From Enterobacteriaceae endosymbiont of Donacia provostii (GTDB lineage: Bacteria; Pseudomonadota; Gammaproteobacteria; Enterobacterales; Enterobacteriaceae): a stretch of 32,000 bases of DNA. This document shows positions 28,265 through 32,000 of this stretch, one piece after another; the first letter of the stretch is position 1; every line of letters starts with the position of its first letter. The position numbers and the translations under genes are program-made. The stretch spans positions 62,324 through 94,323 of the forward strand of contig NZ_CP046206.1 in assembly GCF_012570145.1 (NCBI RefSeq), given 5' to 3'. Under the pieces are notes generated by a model. It searched no databases and was not told the origin of the DNA. It saw nothing but the letters and a program-made list of their open reading frames with translations.

Positions 28265-28855
28265 TTATCCTATAATTTTTTTAGTATGTAAAAATGTTAC
28301 TGCTTGATTATAATTTTTTTTAACAAATATAAATAAAGCTTTAATACTATATTTAATAGCAAAATCAATATTTTTTTTTTCTATTTCTGTAGGATAACTT
28401 AATACAAAATTATTCATTAACATTTTATTTTTTGGATGACCTACACCTATACGTAATCTATAAAATAATGTACTATTAAATGTTTTAATAATATCATTAA
28501 TACCGTTATGTCCTCCACTACTACCTCCATATTTAAATCGTATAATACCTGGTAAAAAATCTATATCATCATGAATAATTAAAATATTTGATAAATTAAT
28601 TTTATAAAAATTAACAATAGTAAATATTGATTTTCCTGAATTATTAATAAAAGAATCTGGTAAAAATAAAATTATTTTATGATTATAAAAAGTTATATTA
28701 CTAATATATCCATGAAACTTCTTAATTTTTTTAAATTTTTTATTAAATTTTTTAGCTAAATTAATAACATAATCAGAACCTACATTGTGACGAGTACCAA
28801 AAAATTTTTTATCTATATTATTTCCTAAACCTACAATAATTTTTATATTATTCAA
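28265..28855 (-). CDS. pth: Peptidyl-tRNA hydrolase
   Basis: 196 aa. KIIVGLGN, TRHNVG and GGHNGI are present. The apparent start codon is TTG (28855..28853), with an in-frame TAG five codons upstream and an AGGA about 10 nt upstream. It ends 3 nt before the ychF start. Confidence 0.9.
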   Translation of the reverse strand: MNNIKIIVGLGNNIDKKFFGTRHNVGSDYVINLAKKFNKKFKKIKKFHGYISNITFYNHKIILFLPDSFINNSGKSIFTIVNFYKINLSNILIIHDDIDFLPGIIRFKYGGSSGGHNGINDIIKTFNSTLFYRLRIGVGHPKNKMLMNNFVLSYPTEIEKKNIDFAIKYSIKALFIFVKKNYNQAVTFLHTKKIIG

Positions 28856-28876
28856 ATGCTTATCATCCTATTTATT

Positions 28877-29827
28877 TTATTTAAACATTATAGAAATAGA
28901 TTCTTCATTACTAATTCTTCTAATTGCTTCAGATAACATGTATGATAACGTTAATACTCTAATTTTATTAATTTTTTTAATCTTTTTATTTAAAGGTATA
29001 CTATCACATACAATAATTTCATCTATAACAGAATTAGAAATATTTTTAATAGCATCTCCAGAAAAAATAGGATGAGTAACATAAGCAAAAACTCTTGTAG
29101 CTCCATTATTTTTTAATGCTTTTGCAGCTTGACATAATGTACTAGCTGTATCGATAATATCATCTATTAAAATACAATCTCTTTTATTTACATCACCAAT
29201 AATATTCATGACTTCTATTGTATTATTATTATGAGATCTTCTTTTATCTATAATAGCCATATCAGTACCGTTAAATAATTGTTTTGCAATAGATCTAGCA
29301 CGAATTACACCTCCAATATCAGGAGAAATTATTATTGGATTATTATATATTTTTTTTGAAATATCTGCTAAAAATATAGAACTAGCGAAAACATTATCTA
29401 CAGGAACATTAAAAAAACCTTGAATTTGTTCAGCATGTAAATCTACAGTTAAAATTCTATTAACACCTACTCTTGATAAAAAATCAGCTATTACTTTTGC
29501 AGTAATAGGAACTCTTGCAGAACGAATTCTTCTGTCTTGTCTTGCATATCCAAAATAGGGAATAACAGCTGTAATTCTTCCTGCAGAAGCTCTTTTAAAA
29601 GCATCTATCATAATAATTAATTCTATTAAATTATCGTTAGTAGGATTACATGTTGATTGAATAATAAAAATATCATGACCTCTTATATTTTCATTTATTT
29701 TAACAGATATTTCTCCATCACTAAATTTACCTACAAATATATTTCCTAAATTAATATATAAATGTTGAGCAATTTTAATAGCTAAATCTGGAATAGCATT
29801 TCCAGTAAATAATTTCATCTTAGTCAC
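28877..29827 (-). CDS. prs: Ribose-phosphate pyrophosphokinase
   Basis: 316 aa, very similar to E. coli Prs ([52 protein letters not shown]). The start is GTG at 29827 with AAAGG upstream. E. coli prs also uses a GTG start followed by the internal MKLF. Confidence 0.95.
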   Translation of the reverse strand: MTKMKLFTGNAIPDLAIKIAQHLYINLGNIFVGKFSDGEISVKINENIRGHDIFIIQSTCNPTNDNLIELIIMIDAFKRASAGRITAVIPYFGYARQDRRIRSARVPITAKVIADFLSRVGVNRILTVDLHAEQIQGFFNVPVDNVFASSIFLADISKKIYNNPIIISPDIGGVIRARSIAKQLFNGTDMAIIDKRRSHNNNTIEVMNIIGDVNKRDCILIDDIIDTASTLCQAAKALKNNGATRVFAYVTHPIFSGDAIKNISNSVIDEIIVCDSIPLNKKIKKINKIRVLTLSYMLSEAIRRISNEESISIMFK

Positions 29828-30019
29828 AAATAACCTTTATTTTAGAATTTAAAATATTATTATATAATAATATTTTCATTATTAATTTAAAATTACATTT
29901 TATAAATTAATTAAAATATTATAAAATATATATTATATATATATTTATACATAAAATAATAATATTTTTTATAAAAAAATTACTTAATCAAATATTTCTT
30001 TAATAATAAAGTACAATTT

Positions 30020-31087
30020 ATGAATTCTTATATGATCAAAAAACTTAATCTTTTATATAAAAGATATAATTATTTAACTAATAAATTAAGTGATTATAAA
30101 ACATATAATAATCACGATTCTTTACGTAATTTATCTACTGAATATTCAAAATTATCTAATATTATAAAACCATTTATAGAATGGAATAAATTAAAATTAG
30201 ATTTAATAAATACAAAATCTTTACTCAAAGAAAAAGATAAAGATATACATTCAATGGTTTTAGAAGATATACAAAATATTCATATTAAACAAAAAAAATT
30301 GGAAAAAATATTATACAAATTACTTTTACCTAAAAATAAAAAAGATAATCGTAACTGTTTTGTAGAAATTAAATCTGGTTCTGGAGGAAATGAAGCATCA
30401 ATATTTGTAAAAAATATTTCTAGAATGTATATTAGATATGCTGAATCTAAAAAATGGAAAATAGAAATAATACATATTAATTATAATGAATATGGTAATG
30501 GATTTAAAGAAATTATTCTTAAAATTAGTGGAATAGGAGTATATGGAAAATTAAAATTTGAATCTGGAGGACATAGAGTACAGAGAGTACCAGAAACAGA
30601 ATCACAAGGGAGAGTTCATACTTCTACTTGTACTGTTGCTGTTATGCCTGAATTATCTAAAATAGAAATGCCTGAAATTAATATTCAAGATTTAAAAATT
30701 GATACATTTAGATCTTCAGGTGCTGGGGGACAACATGTTAATACTACAGATTCTGCTATACGTATTACTCATATTCCAACAAAAATAGTTGTTGAATGTC
30801 AAGATGAAAGATCGCAACATAAAAATAAAGCAAAAGCATTATCTGTATTAGCAGCTAGAATAAATTCTATGGAAATAGAAAAAAAAAATAAAGAAAATGC
30901 ATTTAAAAAAAAAATATTATTAGGTACTGGAGAACGTTCAGATAGAAATAGAACATATAATTTTATTCAAAAAAGAGTTACTGATCATCGTATCAATTTA
31001 ACTATTTATAAATTAAATGAAATCATGGATGGAAATTTAGATCTTTTGATAAAACCTATTATTTACAAAAAAAGTAATAAATTATAA
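30020..31087 (+). CDS. prfA: Peptide chain release factor 1
   Basis: 355 aa. The GGQ motif (SGAGGQHVNTTDSAIRITH) and the PxT stop-codon recognition tripeptide (RVPETESQGR) are present. It lies upstream of prmC. Confidence 0.96.
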   Translation: MNSYMIKKLNLLYKRYNYLTNKLSDYKTYNNHDSLRNLSTEYSKLSNIIKPFIEWNKLKLDLINTKSLLKEKDKDIHSMVLEDIQNIHIKQKKLEKILYKLLLPKNKKDNRNCFVEIKSGSGGNEASIFVKNISRMYIRYAESKKWKIEIIHINYNEYGNGFKEIILKISGIGVYGKLKFESGGHRVQRVPETESQGRVHTSTCTVAVMPELSKIEMPEINIQDLKIDTFRSSGAGGQHVNTTDSAIRITHIPTKIVVECQDERSQHKNKAKALSVLAARINSMEIEKKNKENAFKKKILLGTGERSDRNRTYNFIQKRVTDHRINLTIYKLNEIMDGNLDLLIKPIIYKKSNKL

Positions 31088-31104
31088 ATTATATAACATT
31101 ATTT

Positions 31105-31944
31105 ATGACTATTAATCAATTTTTAAAATATGCTTGTAATTTTTTAAAGAAAAATAAAATATTAAGTTATCAATTAGAAGCAGTATTGTTACTATCTTTT
31201 GTTTTAAATAAATCTAAAGTATGGATTTATAGTTTTAGTGAAAAAAAGATAGATAATTATAAATTTCAAATATTACAAAATTTATTATTACAAAGAATTA
31301 AAGGGAAACCTATAGCTTATATATTAGGTTTTTGTGAATTTTGGTCGTTAAAAATTTATGTATCACCTTATGTTTTAATACCTCGTAAAGAAACAGAAAT
31401 TTTAGTAGATATTGTTTTACAAAAATTAAATAATAATATTCATAAAATATTAGATTTAGGAACTGGTAGTGGAGCAATTGCATTAGCAATTGCTTATGAA
31501 CATAAGATTTTAGATATTACTGCTGTGGATTTTTCTAATCAAATTATTAATATTGCAAAAAATAATGCTAAAAAATTAAATATTAAAAATATTAAATTTC
31601 TAAAAAGTAATTGGTTCTCTAACTTAGAGAATAAAAAATTTGATATAATTATAAGTAATCCTCCATATATAAGTTATAAAGAATATTTTTTTTTAAAAAA
31701 ACAATTAAAATTTGAACCTATAAAATCTCTAGTTTCTAGTAAAAACGGATTATATGATATAAATTATGTTATTTCTCATTCTTTAAAGTATTTAAATAAT
31801 TATGGTTGGTTAATTTTAGAACATAGTTATACACAAGGATTTATAATTAAAAAAAAATTAGAAAATCAAAATTTTAAAAATATTAAACAATATTCTGATA
31901 TACAAGGATATAATAGAGCAATATGTGGTCAAAAATATTTTTAA
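31105..31944 (+). CDS. prmC: Release factor glutamine N5-methyltransferase
   Basis: 279 aa. The SAM-binding motif LDLGTGSGAIA and the catalytic IISNPPYI are present. It follows prfA directly, as in E. coli. Confidence 0.92.
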   Translation: MTINQFLKYACNFLKKNKILSYQLEAVLLLSFVLNKSKVWIYSFSEKKIDNYKFQILQNLLLQRIKGKPIAYILGFCEFWSLKIYVSPYVLIPRKETEILVDIVLQKLNNNIHKILDLGTGSGAIALAIAYEHKILDITAVDFSNQIINIAKNNAKKLNIKNIKFLKSNWFSNLENKKFDIIISNPPYISYKEYFFLKKQLKFEPIKSLVSSKNGLYDINYVISHSLKYLNNYGWLILEHSYTQGFIIKKKLENQNFKNIKQYSDIQGYNRAICGQKYF

Positions 31945-32000
31945 AATTATATTTTCTTATAATTTTTTTAATATATTTAACAAAAAAATTTTGATATTAT

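Noticed and set aside
1-32000. Possible stop-codon reassignment (UGA read as Trp), as in some tiny symbiont genomes
   Set aside because: All ORFs end where their E. coli orthologs end. The stops I checked are TAA, plus TAG at pntA. Trp is encoded by TGG, and no in-frame TGA is needed to reach full length. RF1 is intact.
1-32000. FNR boxes (TTGAT-N4-ATCAA), CRISPR repeats, IS or transposase remnants, toxin-antitoxin pairs or defence-gene cassettes
   Set aside because: None of the TTGAT occurrences I spotted by eye has a matching ATCAA at the right spacing. There are no spaced direct repeats. There are no ORFs without a clear housekeeping ortholog. The spacers are too short to hide additional genes.

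Overview
This window is extremely AT-rich by eye, with proteins dominated by K, N and I, and is densely packed. It looks like a reduced-genome gammaproteobacterial (Enterobacterales-derived) insect endosymbiont of the Buchnera or Wigglesworthia type; I cannot name the species from sequence alone. Every substantial ORF is a recognisable housekeeping ortholog. The genes form blocks that are collinear with E. coli and joined by deletions: pta-ackA, tRNA-Cys/tRNA-Leu, cvpA, truA, dacA-lipB-lipA, cspE, fabI, pntAB, fnr, rne, rluC-rpmF-fabD-fabG-acpP-fabF-tmk-holB-ptsG-hinT, gapA, sppA, xthA, ychF-pth, prs, prfA-prmC. Two genes are missing from the ORF track: a pta 5' fragment that runs off the left edge, and the 58-aa rpmF. 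I found no mobile elements, CRISPR arrays, defence-like genes, orphan multi-gene cassettes or codon reassignment, so I see no evidence of a novel biological system here. The most noteworthy points are: (1) fabD is broken by a single frameshift inside a 10-nt poly(A) run, with all catalytic motifs kept on both sides, so it is either a recent pseudogene or is rescued by slippage; (2) very long in-frame homopolymers sit inside essential genes, for example A15 in fabF; (3) an FNR oxygen sensor is retained with all four Fe-S cysteines and its DNA-reading residues; (4) the RNase E C-terminal scaffold has decayed to K/N-rich low complexity, yet its last ~20 aa still resemble the E. coli PNPase-binding tail; (5) GC-clamped hairpins stand out in otherwise pure-AT spacers between convergent genes.
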